Assembly: GCA_964566225.1 (NCBI GenBank)
Contig: CAZMHV010000002.1
Location: forward strand, 231,489 to 295,488
DNA length: 64,000 bases
Direction of reading: 5' to 3'
Source of the DNA: an uncultured Gammaproteobacteria bacterium
Lineage (GTDB): Bacteria; Patescibacteriota; Patescibacteriia; Magasanikbacterales; UBA922
A program made the translations under genes and the position numbers. Positions 9,949 through 17,783 of the stretch are shown piece by piece; the first letter of the stretch is position 1; each line of letters opens with the position of its first letter. The notes under the pieces were generated by a model, which was given only the letters and a program-made list of their open reading frames with translations, did not search any database and was not told where the DNA came from.

Positions 9949-9977
9949 ACTATACCACATTTTGACGGTTTTGTCAA
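9949..9977 (-). promoter_or_regulatory. sigma70 promoter (extended -10) of candidate sRNA
   Basis: TTGACA-17 nt ending TGG-TATAGT. Confidence 0.8.
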
Positions 9978-10116
9978 GGTAGGTTTTTCACCACTGCTTT
10001 TTGGCCCTATATATAAGGCACAAAAGCAGGGGAGAGCCAGGGGTTTGTTGGACCACTGGCTCATGCGTTCGTTCCGAGAAGCTCTCGGTACATACTTTCC
10101 CCCCTGGGCAGGCCGT

Positions 10117-10485
10117 TCAGGCCGCTTTGGCGAGGCTCGGCGTGCTGTCCTGCGCGCCGAGGCCGTTCTGTTCGGAGGTGGTGGTGGGCGAACCCAGTGC
10201 CACCTCCAGCAGGGTGCTGAGGTCGTCGTCGCCGGCCAGGCCAAGCAAGAGCTCCTGCCTGGCGGCGGTGATGACCGAGATCTGACGGCCCCCGACTTGG
10301 CAGCTCCGGAAGTCCCGGAGCTGCACCTCGAGCAGCTTGGCCTGCTCGGTGTACCACGCCACGTCGGGCACGGCGGGGTAGGGAATCGAGATTTCGGCCA
10401 TGGTCTGCGTGGGCTTGCCTTCGGCCTGGTACGTGACCAGGACGATGATGCCCGCTCCGGTGAGTTGACTGTCGACTTCGTACAT
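10117..10485 (-). CDS. High-GC hypothetical protein, 122 aa
   Basis: G/C-ending codons in this frame, SD AGGAG 9 nt before ATG, upstream promoter; no recognisable domain. Confidence 0.7.
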   Translation of the reverse strand: MYEVDSQLTGAGIIVLVTYQAEGKPTQTMAEISIPYPAVPDVAWYTEQAKLLEVQLRDFRSCQVGGRQISVITAARQELLLGLAGDDDLSTLLEVALGSPTTTSEQNGLGAQDSTPSLAKAA

Positions 10486-10592
10486 CGGTGGGTGCTCCTA
10501 ACGAGGGTGGAAAAGTATGTTGAAAAACGAACCTCTCTTTGGGCCCGTCTCCAACACAGTGGTGGAAGTGGATACACAAAAGAGAACCAGGG

Positions 10593-10621
10593 ACACTATC
10601 ACAAATTTTTGGCTCTGTCAA
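10593..10621 (-). promoter_or_regulatory. sigma70 promoter of high-GC ORF 10117-10485
   Basis: TTGACA-17 nt ending TGA-TAGTGT (same -10 region as 22721-22729). Confidence 0.7.
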
Positions 10622-10665
10622 GGGTAGTTGTCCACTGTTTTTGGCCAAACATAGTCACAGAGCAT

Positions 10666-10693
10666 AAAAAAAGACCCTCGAATGAGGGTCTTT
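10666..10693 (-). terminator. Intrinsic terminator after rplT
   Basis: AAAGACCCTC-4 nt-GAGGGTCTTT with U-tract on minus strand. Confidence 0.8.
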
Positions 10694-10709
10694 GAAAGTT
10701 TTGATCGGT

Positions 10710-11057
10710 TTACGCTTGTACCGTCTCAGTAATTTTTTTGAAAACTTCTGGGTACTGTGCTGCAATGTCGGCCAGAGATTTACGGTTGAGGTGAATGCCT
10801 TTGACTTTCACTGCTCCCATAAATTTACTGTAACTCATGCCCAGTGGGCGAAGAGCTGCATTGAGGCGGAGTTGCCAGTTGGCGCGAGCCAAACGCTTTT
10901 TGATCTTGCGATCTTTGTAGGCGTAGACACCAGCTTTGGTAATGGCAACTTTGGCAAGTTTCAAATGTGATTTGCGTCCGGCTTCAAAACCAGAGGCTTT
11001 TTCCAAAATATTTTTGCGGCGCTTGGAATGCATCATGCCGCGTTTCACTCTCGACAT
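10710..11057 (-). CDS. rplT: 50S ribosomal protein L20
   Basis: MSRVKRG...YAYKDRKIKKR...LNRKSLADIA. Confidence 0.97.
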   Translation of the reverse strand: MSRVKRGMMHSKRRKNILEKASGFEAGRKSHLKLAKVAITKAGVYAYKDRKIKKRLARANWQLRLNAALRPLGMSYSKFMGAVKVKGIHLNRKSLADIAAQYPEVFKKITETVQA

Positions 11058-11068
11058 AAGGGTTAATA

Positions 11069-11290
11069 TTATTTTGCGTAAGGAATAGCCCGGGTAATGG
11101 TTCTTTTGAAACCTTCGTGGACTGTATGGTCAACACGTTTGTTGCGACCAACTTTTCCTGATTCGTGTGAGTTAAAATGGTCTTGTCCATCTGTGCGTTT
11201 GAAGACCTTGACGATACTCTTACCGTTTTTCTTGGTCTTTTTCACTGCAAATCGTTTGGCATAGGCGCCAATTGTCTTCATTTTTGGCAT
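11069..11290 (-). CDS. rpmI: 50S ribosomal protein L35
   Basis: MPKMKT..AYAKRF, position between infC and rplT. Confidence 0.9.
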   Translation of the reverse strand: MPKMKTIGAYAKRFAVKKTKKNGKSIVKVFKRTDGQDHFNSHESGKVGRNKRVDHTVHEGFKRTITRAIPYAK

Positions 11291-11317
11291 AAAATGTATT
11301 AGTTACGGGGCGGCAGT

Positions 11318-11346
11318 AGTATATAGAAAAAAAAAGAAGTTGTCAA
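11318..11346 (-). promoter_or_regulatory. sigma70 promoter for rpmI-rplT
   Basis: TTGACA-17 nt-TATACT. Confidence 0.75.
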
Positions 11347-11377
11347 GGGAGTTTTTGGGTATTTCTCCCCAGGCAAC

Positions 11378-11926
11378 TTATTTGCGGACAATGGTGGCCG
11401 TTACCTTATTGCCTTGAATAGATGCTTCTTGTTCGTATTTGACTGGGATAACCGCATTGAGGAGGTTAAAGTATTCGGTAATCACCTCAAATGCCATGTG
11501 ACGTTTGGCTCTTTCGGCTCCGCGGAGGATAATTTCTACCTTCACTTTGTCTCCACGTTCCAAAAATTTTTCACCCTGTTCTTTGCGGATAAGAAGGTCA
11601 TGTTCACCAATGCGGATAGAAAGGCGAATACCTTTAACTTCACTTACATGGGCATGGGCTTTTTGCTTACGGGCTTCTTTTTCTTTTTGGTACTTAAAGT
11701 GGCTAAATTCAACAATTTGTACCACAGGTGGTTCTGCTTTGGGGTTGATTTCTACCAAGTCACTTTCGTGTTCGGCTGCCAGCTGCAAAGCTTCGGCAAT
11801 CGTAAGAACACCGATGTTTTTGCCTTCGGCGTCAATCACACGTACTTCTGGTGAAGCAATACCTGTGTTCAAGCGGAACTGTGGTATAAGTGGTTTATCT
11901 GGTCGTTTTTTGCGGGATATACGCAT
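11378..11926 (-). CDS. infC: Translation initiation factor IF-3
   Basis: EVRVID..G...G, DLVEINPKAEPPV, KYQKEK, GDKVKV. Confidence 0.96.
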   Translation of the reverse strand: MRISRKKRPDKPLIPQFRLNTGIASPEVRVIDAEGKNIGVLTIAEALQLAAEHESDLVEINPKAEPPVVQIVEFSHFKYQKEKEARKQKAHAHVSEVKGIRLSIRIGEHDLLIRKEQGEKFLERGDKVKVEIILRGAERAKRHMAFEVITEYFNLLNAVIPVKYEQEASIQGNKVTATIVRK

Positions 11927-11935
11927 AGATATATA

Positions 11936-12333
11936 TGGTGGAGATGTCCGGATTTGAACCGGAGTCTAAACGGGTTACGGGTAAAGTCCTCATGCGAGTC
12001 GTTTTGGTGATGTCACACGTGAATAAAAAAGCGACAAAAACCCACGTGTTGAAGCTCCAGTAGGAACTTCGAGCATGTGCATGGAGCACGCAGCGTGCTC
12101 TACACTCGAAAGGGTTGACACCGGTGACTCTCTATCGAGTATTGAGAGACCAATGGCTCAGGTTATTAGGCGAGAGCAGGAGCAAATGAAAGACGAGCAA
12201 ATGCGTTAGCAAATGTGTTTTTCACCGCTTGGGCAAGATTTGCATCTAGCGTTTGCCTTGGTTTAACGAGGAAAGGCGACCTCGACATGCCTCTACCGAT
12301 AACTAGGTCCGTCTATCGAAACCTGTCATCCCC
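11936..12333 (-). ncRNA. ssrA: tmRNA
   Basis: 5' GGGGATG pairs with 3' CATCTCC-ACCA (G3-U70), T-arm GGTTCAAATCC, tag ORF 12243-12166 ANLAQAVKNTFANAFARLSFAPALA*, adjacent smpB. Confidence 0.95.
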
Positions 12334-12340
12334 ATAAATT

Positions 12341-12784
12341 TTAATGTTCTTTGAGTTTTTTGGCTATTTCTCGCTCTTGTTCTCGTTTTTTGACGGATTC
12401 TCGCTTATCAAATGTCTTCTTTCCACGTCCAAGACCAATAGCAATTTTGATTTTATTTCCTGTAGTATATACGGAAAGAGGGATAATTGTCAAGCCTTTC
12501 TCACTCAATTTTCCTCTTAAATAACTGATTTCTTTTTGTTTGAGCAAGAGTCTGCGGGTGTGAGTGGGGTCATATTCTTCATTGGTTGCAAATTTGTACG
12601 GAGAAATATGTGCATTGAGCAGTGTGGCACTGGTGTCATGAAAGGTTACATAGGCCCCCGTGAGTTTGATATTGCCACTGCGAACAGATTTTACCTCTGC
12701 CCCAGTCAAAACCAAACCAGCCTCAAATTTTTCGAGGATTTCGTATTCAAAAGTGGCTTTTTTGTTGACGGCGTAGGTTGGCAT
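12341..12784 (-). CDS. smpB: SsrA-binding protein
   Basis: NKKATFEYEILEKFEAGLVLTGAEVKS, GKKTFDKRE. Confidence 0.97.
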   Translation of the reverse strand: MPTYAVNKKATFEYEILEKFEAGLVLTGAEVKSVRSGNIKLTGAYVTFHDTSATLLNAHISPYKFATNEEYDPTHTRRLLLKQKEISYLRGKLSEKGLTIIPLSVYTTGNKIKIAIGLGRGKKTFDKRESVKKREQEREIAKKLKEH

Positions 12785-12875
12785 AGTCTGCATTGAAGAA
12801 CTTTGACCCCTAGTGTATACTAAGTTTACTGGAATTTCAATGGCCAAGGCGTATACCAGTAATAGTTTTTTGGGT

Positions 12876-13889
12876 ATGCAAGAACATACTATTCATATAA
12901 GTCCCAAAAGTTTATTGTGGATTTCGTTTTTTCTTTTGGCAGGGTATATGCTCTCGCTTCTTTGGCATACTTTACTTTTGGTTTTTATTGCACTTATTTT
13001 TTCAACACTGATTGATCCGTTTGCCAAGGCCTTGCACAAAAGGCATATTCCACGGGGTGTGGCCGTACTTATTGTTTACGCGTGTCTTTTTGGAGTTGTG
13101 GGTGTATCTGTGGCGGCCCTCACGCCTGTAGTCTTGAGGGACATGCCAAAGCTTTTTCAAAATGGGACTGCTTATATTACCACACTTCAAAATCACCAGT
13201 TAGTACAAAAACTTTTTGGCACTGAAATAACTTCACAAGGGGGTCTGTTTTTTTTGCCGAGTACCAGTGTGAGCAATTTTTCTGGAGTATTTTCAAGTAT
13301 CAGTGCTGTGTTTGGGGGATTGGTTTCATTTTTTGTAGTCATGGTGATTACGTTTTATTTGGTAATTCAAGAAGATCCCTTGCGAAAAATGTTGCAGTCA
13401 TTGGTAAGTGAAAAGTCTTTGCCATTTACGTTGCAGGTAATTGACAAAGTGAGAGAAAAATTGGGTGCTTGGATGCGAGGACAATTGCTCCTCAGTGGTA
13501 TTATGGGTGTATTGGTTTTTATTGTTCTTACACTTTTGGGTGTGAAATATGCTGCGGTGATTGCTCTTTTGGCAGGACTACTTGAATTTGTTCCCTATGT
13601 AGGTCCTATTCTTTCTGCTTTTCCTGCTTTATTTTTTTCTTTTATTGAAGGTGGTCCGGTCAAATTTTTGGTGGTATTTATCTGTCTTGTCTTGGTGCAA
13701 CAATTTGAAAGTCATGTTATCATCCCAAAGGTCATGCAAAAAGCAGTGGGGTTGAATCCTGTATTTAGTATTCTTTCGCTCCTTATTGGCTTACAGCTGG
13801 GAGGAATTATTGGTGGTGTGCTTGCTATTCCTGTGGCCACAACATTGCAAGTAGTTATACAAGAAATTCTTTCTTCAAAAAAACGTTAA
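12876..13889 (+). CDS. AI-2E (PerM) family transporter
   Basis: Multi-TM, WMRGQL, FVPYVGP, QQFESHVIIPKVM..AVGLNP, GGVLAIP. Confidence 0.9.
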   Translation: MQEHTIHISPKSLLWISFFLLAGYMLSLLWHTLLLVFIALIFSTLIDPFAKALHKRHIPRGVAVLIVYACLFGVVGVSVAALTPVVLRDMPKLFQNGTAYITTLQNHQLVQKLFGTEITSQGGLFFLPSTSVSNFSGVFSSISAVFGGLVSFFVVMVITFYLVIQEDPLRKMLQSLVSEKSLPFTLQVIDKVREKLGAWMRGQLLLSGIMGVLVFIVLTLLGVKYAAVIALLAGLLEFVPYVGPILSAFPALFFSFIEGGPVKFLVVFICLVLVQQFESHVIIPKVMQKAVGLNPVFSILSLLIGLQLGGIIGGVLAIPVATTLQVVIQEILSSKKR

Positions 13890-13893
13890 TTCT

Positions 13894-14691
13894 ATGAAGT
13901 ATATAAAACATTTTGTGTTTGGTGGCATTATGTCCCTGTTTGTCATGGGAAGTTTGTTTTTGATTACACGCTATCCGAGTTCATGGATACTCTTTATACT
14001 ATCCTTTGCTACTCCCATGTTTTTGTTGTTGAGTTTTTATTTTTTTGTCAAAAAAACTCGCAAGTGGAAAGAACCAATTGGATTTTTGACTCCACTGTTA
14101 TTTATTTCACAGATGTTGTTGGTAGAAATTATTGATGTTCAAAGTCCCAAAGATTTGTTGGTTCAACGGTTTGTTATTTTGTTTGCAGGACTTTTGTTTG
14201 GAATTTTGTATGGTGCTGGTGTTTCGAGTGGTGAAATACTCAGTAGTTTACAAAAACCATATCGTCGTTTTGTGATGGCAGCTTGGGTGTATACAGTGTA
14301 TGGATTTTGTTCATTTATTTTTGCGTTGCCATTTTTTTTGACACTTTCTCCTTTGTTTTTTGTGATATTACTCCTCTTGGGTGGTGGACTCCTCGGAGGT
14401 GTCTCGTCGTTTGTGTGGCAAATGTATTTTGCCAAACCCAAAAAAGTTTTTTTTCTCTGGATGATTTTGGTAGGATTTTTGGGAATGCAACTTTTGTGGG
14501 CATTACATTTTTTGCCACTGGGGTATTTGAACTTGGGACTTTTTATGACATGGATTTGGTATCTACTTATATTGCTTGCTCGTTTTCATTGGGATGAAAA
14601 TGGTGTTGAGTGGAAAAAACAATTTCGATTTCTTTTGACAAATACACTTCTTTTGATTATAATTATAGTATATTTTGTCCGTTGGATATAG
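13894..14691 (+). CDS. Polytopic membrane protein, unknown function
   Basis: About 8-9 hydrophobic segments, operonic spacing. Confidence 0.7.
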   Translation: MKYIKHFVFGGIMSLFVMGSLFLITRYPSSWILFILSFATPMFLLLSFYFFVKKTRKWKEPIGFLTPLLFISQMLLVEIIDVQSPKDLLVQRFVILFAGLLFGILYGAGVSSGEILSSLQKPYRRFVMAAWVYTVYGFCSFIFALPFFLTLSPLFFVILLLLGGGLLGGVSSFVWQMYFAKPKKVFFLWMILVGFLGMQLLWALHFLPLGYLNLGLFMTWIWYLLILLARFHWDENGVEWKKQFRFLLTNTLLLIIIIVYFVRWI

Positions 14692-14707
14692 TTTTTTTCT
14701 CGAATTC

Positions 14708-15763
14708 ATGTCACAAGCACCTCACTTACCACCACGACCACATCAGCAAGAGCGCAAACTCAAGGAGTTTGTTGTTTTTGTTTTATTTGTTGTCTTACTT
14801 GCTTCTGCTGCTGGTATTGCTGCAGCGGCTGTTTCTATCACCTGGCTTATTCCTGCCGTACCAGCATCACGTTCTATTTTTACGTATTTTCAAAATACAA
14901 AATCAAATGAAAAAAATACTTCTTTGAGCATGGATGATCAAAAAAATTTCAAAGGAAAAATTGTAAAAATATTTGATAAAAGAAAAAAATTATCTGGAAA
15001 TTTTTATGATGCTTCTGGTTTTGTTGGAAACGCTACACTACTCACTCTGGATGGTTGGGCTGTTTTGTATGTACCAAATGTATCACAAGATATTTCAATG
15101 CTGGAAGCTGTAGATAGTCAAGGACGAACGCATGTAATCAAAAAAATGGTACGCAGTGAAACAGGTGGTCTTAGTTATGTACAGATTGATGGGGAAGGTT
15201 TTTCTGTGGTTTCGCTTTTTTCAGGTGTACCTGCTTCACAAAAAATTGTGTGGAGTTATAAAGATAATGAATTTTTTGAAACAGAACTGTTGTTTCCTCT
15301 TACCAAGACCAAAGAAGTGGCTCGGAGTATTGTTTTGTTTACTCCCAAAATTTCTCCTGTTGCCATGGGTTCAGAATTTGTTGTCAACGAAAAAGCAGAG
15401 CTTATTGGTTTTATTGACAAAAATGGTTCACTTCTTTCAGCCAGTGATATTAACCGTGAATTACGTTTGGTTCAAAAAAATTTGCCACTTGAAAACACCC
15501 TTTTTGCTGTAACAGGATATGTTCTTGAAGGTATTGAAAAAGACGAACACGGTGTACCCCAAACACACTTTGGGTTTTTTGTTACAGAGAGTGGTTTTAG
15601 AGGTAAAACAGGCGTCATGAATGGAGATATTGTTGTCTCCGTACAAAATAAATTATTTGATCCCAAAACAGTTCGTGAAGATATTTTGAATGCTCCTGGT
15701 GAAGTAGTGCTTACTGTACTTCGTCAGGGTAAAACTGTAGAAGTAAAAGTGAAAAAAAGTTAA
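14708..15763 (+). CDS. Membrane-anchored degenerate HtrA-like protein with C-terminal PDZ
   Basis: N-terminal TM, LLTLDGW and VVNEKAELIG trypsin-like remnants, GVMNGDIVVSV...LTVLRQGK PDZ motif. Confidence 0.6.
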   Translation: MSQAPHLPPRPHQQERKLKEFVVFVLFVVLLASAAGIAAAAVSITWLIPAVPASRSIFTYFQNTKSNEKNTSLSMDDQKNFKGKIVKIFDKRKKLSGNFYDASGFVGNATLLTLDGWAVLYVPNVSQDISMLEAVDSQGRTHVIKKMVRSETGGLSYVQIDGEGFSVVSLFSGVPASQKIVWSYKDNEFFETELLFPLTKTKEVARSIVLFTPKISPVAMGSEFVVNEKAELIGFIDKNGSLLSASDINRELRLVQKNLPLENTLFAVTGYVLEGIEKDEHGVPQTHFGFFVTESGFRGKTGVMNGDIVVSVQNKLFDPKTVREDILNAPGEVVLTVLRQGKTVEVKVKKS

Positions 15764-15797
15764 TTTTTTGTCATTTATATACATTTTGTCATTTTGT

Positions 15798-16415
15798 ATG
15801 GACTCTCTTTCTTTGGTACTGGGTCGTTCTACCAGACGCTTGGTACTTGGTGGTTTCATGGGTATATTTCTTGCCCTAGCCCTCAGTTTTATTTCTCCGG
15901 TTCAATACCGCGCTGATGCACAGGTATATATTATTGCCAGGTCAAGATTTGGGGTTGACCCTTATACCGTTGCCAAATCAGCGGAACGTATTGGTGATAA
16001 CTTGGCACAGGTGGTGAAGACCAGTGATTTTTATGACAAGGTCATGGCGAATTCAAATTTTCAACTTGATAGAGATTACTTTGAAAATGTGTCTGAGCGT
16101 ACCAAACGGAAGCACTGGGAAAAAACTGTAGATGCGTCTATTGTATTTGGAACCGGTGTCATGAACGTAAGTGCCTACCATGCTCAGCCAGCTCAGGCCA
16201 AAGCTTATGCCAGTGCTATTATTGATACTTTGGTGACCAAGGGAACTGAGTACGTGGGTGAAGATGTAGAAATGAAAGTGGTCAATCAGCCAGTGGTGAC
16301 CAACTTGCCAGTACGACCAAACTTTTTGGTCAATAGTGTGGTTGGTTTTGTGCTTGGAGTTATGCTTATGAGTATGCTGGTGGTACAAAGACATTTGAAA
16401 AAACGAACCGCGTAA
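15798..16415 (+). CDS. Wzz/CpsC-like polysaccharide chain-length protein
   Basis: Two TM helices, SPVQYRADAQVYI, PVRPNFLVN before second TM. Confidence 0.7.
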   Translation: MDSLSLVLGRSTRRLVLGGFMGIFLALALSFISPVQYRADAQVYIIARSRFGVDPYTVAKSAERIGDNLAQVVKTSDFYDKVMANSNFQLDRDYFENVSERTKRKHWEKTVDASIVFGTGVMNVSAYHAQPAQAKAYASAIIDTLVTKGTEYVGEDVEMKVVNQPVVTNLPVRPNFLVNSVVGFVLGVMLMSMLVVQRHLKKRTA

Positions 16416-16426
16416 ATTTTGTCTCA

Positions 16427-16460
16427 AAAGATCTCTGGTTTTGGCCAGGGGTCTTTTTTG
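16427..16460 (+). terminator. Intrinsic terminator at left border of high-GC region
   Basis: AAAAGATCTCTGG...CCAGGGGTCTTTTTT. Confidence 0.7.
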
Positions 16461-16489
16461 TTTAAAAAAAGTTGTGCACAAAAATATTC

Positions 16490-16518
16490 TTGACAATTGA
16501 GCTATTTTGTGGTATTTT
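16490..16518 (+). promoter_or_regulatory. sigma70 promoter of ORF 16700
   Basis: TTGACA-17 nt ending TGG-TATTTT. Confidence 0.7.
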
Positions 16519-16600
16519 CAACTGTCAATATAAAACAATAGGGCGAAATAGGCTTAAATAGGCCAAAAAAATTGATTTGTTCTTTGCAACTCACCTAAAA

Positions 16601-16652
16601 ACGGTCTTTTCGTACAGAACAGGAAGTATCTTTGGCTGTACGAAAAGACCGT
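16601..16652 (+). repeat. Perfect 17-bp inverted repeat in 5' leader
   Basis: ACGGTCTTTTCGTACAG (16601-16617) / CTGTACGAAAAGACCGT (16636-16652). Confidence 0.9.
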
Positions 16653-16699
16653 GTAGTAGGCGGTCATGGAGAGACATTTCACATCCAGAGGAGGCCTCT

Positions 16700-17434
16700 A
16701 TGGCCCTTGCTCGTGGTGGTACGATGCGGGTTGTCGTGGGTAACGACAAGTATTGTGCCAATGCTGAGGAGATGGCAGACAACGGCCAAGTCTGTCAGGC
16801 ACATGATCAGGGGGTTTGGTTCCCCATCCAGTTCAACAGTTGTCCGTTCTGTGGAAAACACCTGAGCATCCTTCCACCCAATCAGCATGTGTCGGACCTG
16901 CTGAAGGAGTTGCCCTCGTTCGGTGCTGGGGCGATTTTCAAGCGGAAGGTCGCCGCGGCCACTGCGGGTCTCAAGGCTGAGGTGAAGAGCCTCACGCGGG
17001 CTTTCATCTTGATCTTGGCCATGCTCATCGTTGTGGTGGTCGGCCTGGTTCACTTGGTGCTCAAGCAGCCCAGCAACACGGGCTACAGCACCTCGGGAAC
17101 TCCTCCGGTGTCCATGACGCAGGGGCAGATCAACGACATGGTCGCCCGGTCGTTCAACGCGAACATGGAGCCGTACCTGCCTGCGTTGGATCAGATCAAG
17201 AAGTTGATCCATGGTGACGATGAGGAGGAGCAGGAGGAACAGACCCCTCCGTCTGCTCCACAGACCAACGGGGAGAAGATCAAGAAACCTGTGGGTGGAA
17301 ATCACCAGACGCTCCCCGTGATCCAGCTCCCTCGCCGGCCTCTCTTCGACCACAAGCACGAGCCACGGCCTGGCAAGCCGAAACGGCCTCGTGCCCCCTC
17401 CACGTCGTCTGGCGACGACAGTGGCCTCTACTAA
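16700..17434 (+). CDS. GC-rich single-pass membrane protein with N-terminal Zn-ribbon-like motif and Pro-rich tail
   Basis: SD GAGGAGG 5 nt before ATG; CQAH...CPFCG; one TM helix; G/C-ending codons. Confidence 0.75.
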   Translation: MALARGGTMRVVVGNDKYCANAEEMADNGQVCQAHDQGVWFPIQFNSCPFCGKHLSILPPNQHVSDLLKELPSFGAGAIFKRKVAAATAGLKAEVKSLTRAFILILAMLIVVVVGLVHLVLKQPSNTGYSTSGTPPVSMTQGQINDMVARSFNANMEPYLPALDQIKKLIHGDDEEEQEEQTPPSAPQTNGEKIKKPVGGNHQTLPVIQLPRRPLFDHKHEPRPGKPKRPRAPSTSSGDDSGLY

Positions 17435-17783
17435 AGCTTCGTATTCCTGCCATGGAGGCGGGGAAGCGAGCTTTGACTGGGGTCGCGTTGGCCCGCGTTT
17501 GTCACTGTGACCATCGCGGGTCAACAAGAGAAAATTTGGCTGTAGATGATTGCACTTGTACGAGAGTTCAATCATCGGTAGCCAAAAGCTATCGTGTTCT
17601 TTTAAATATACGTTAACAACGGGGGATTGCCTCTCGTAGTTGACGTTCAGTTCAGGAAAGTTTTTGCTGATTTGAACGTCGATTACGGGGGCAATTCCGC
17701 GCCCTGCGACATGCGGGGCGTGGTGCCCCGTTGGTTTTTGCCCCGTTTTCCGCCGCCCGCTGGGTTGGCATAGGAGTGCGACC

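Noticed and set aside
9900-10695. Alternative ORFs 9934-10695 (+), 9900-10577 (-) and 10061-10648 (-)
   Set aside because: They run through promoters and hairpins. Only 10117-10485 has an SD and boundaries matching the GC-rich segment.
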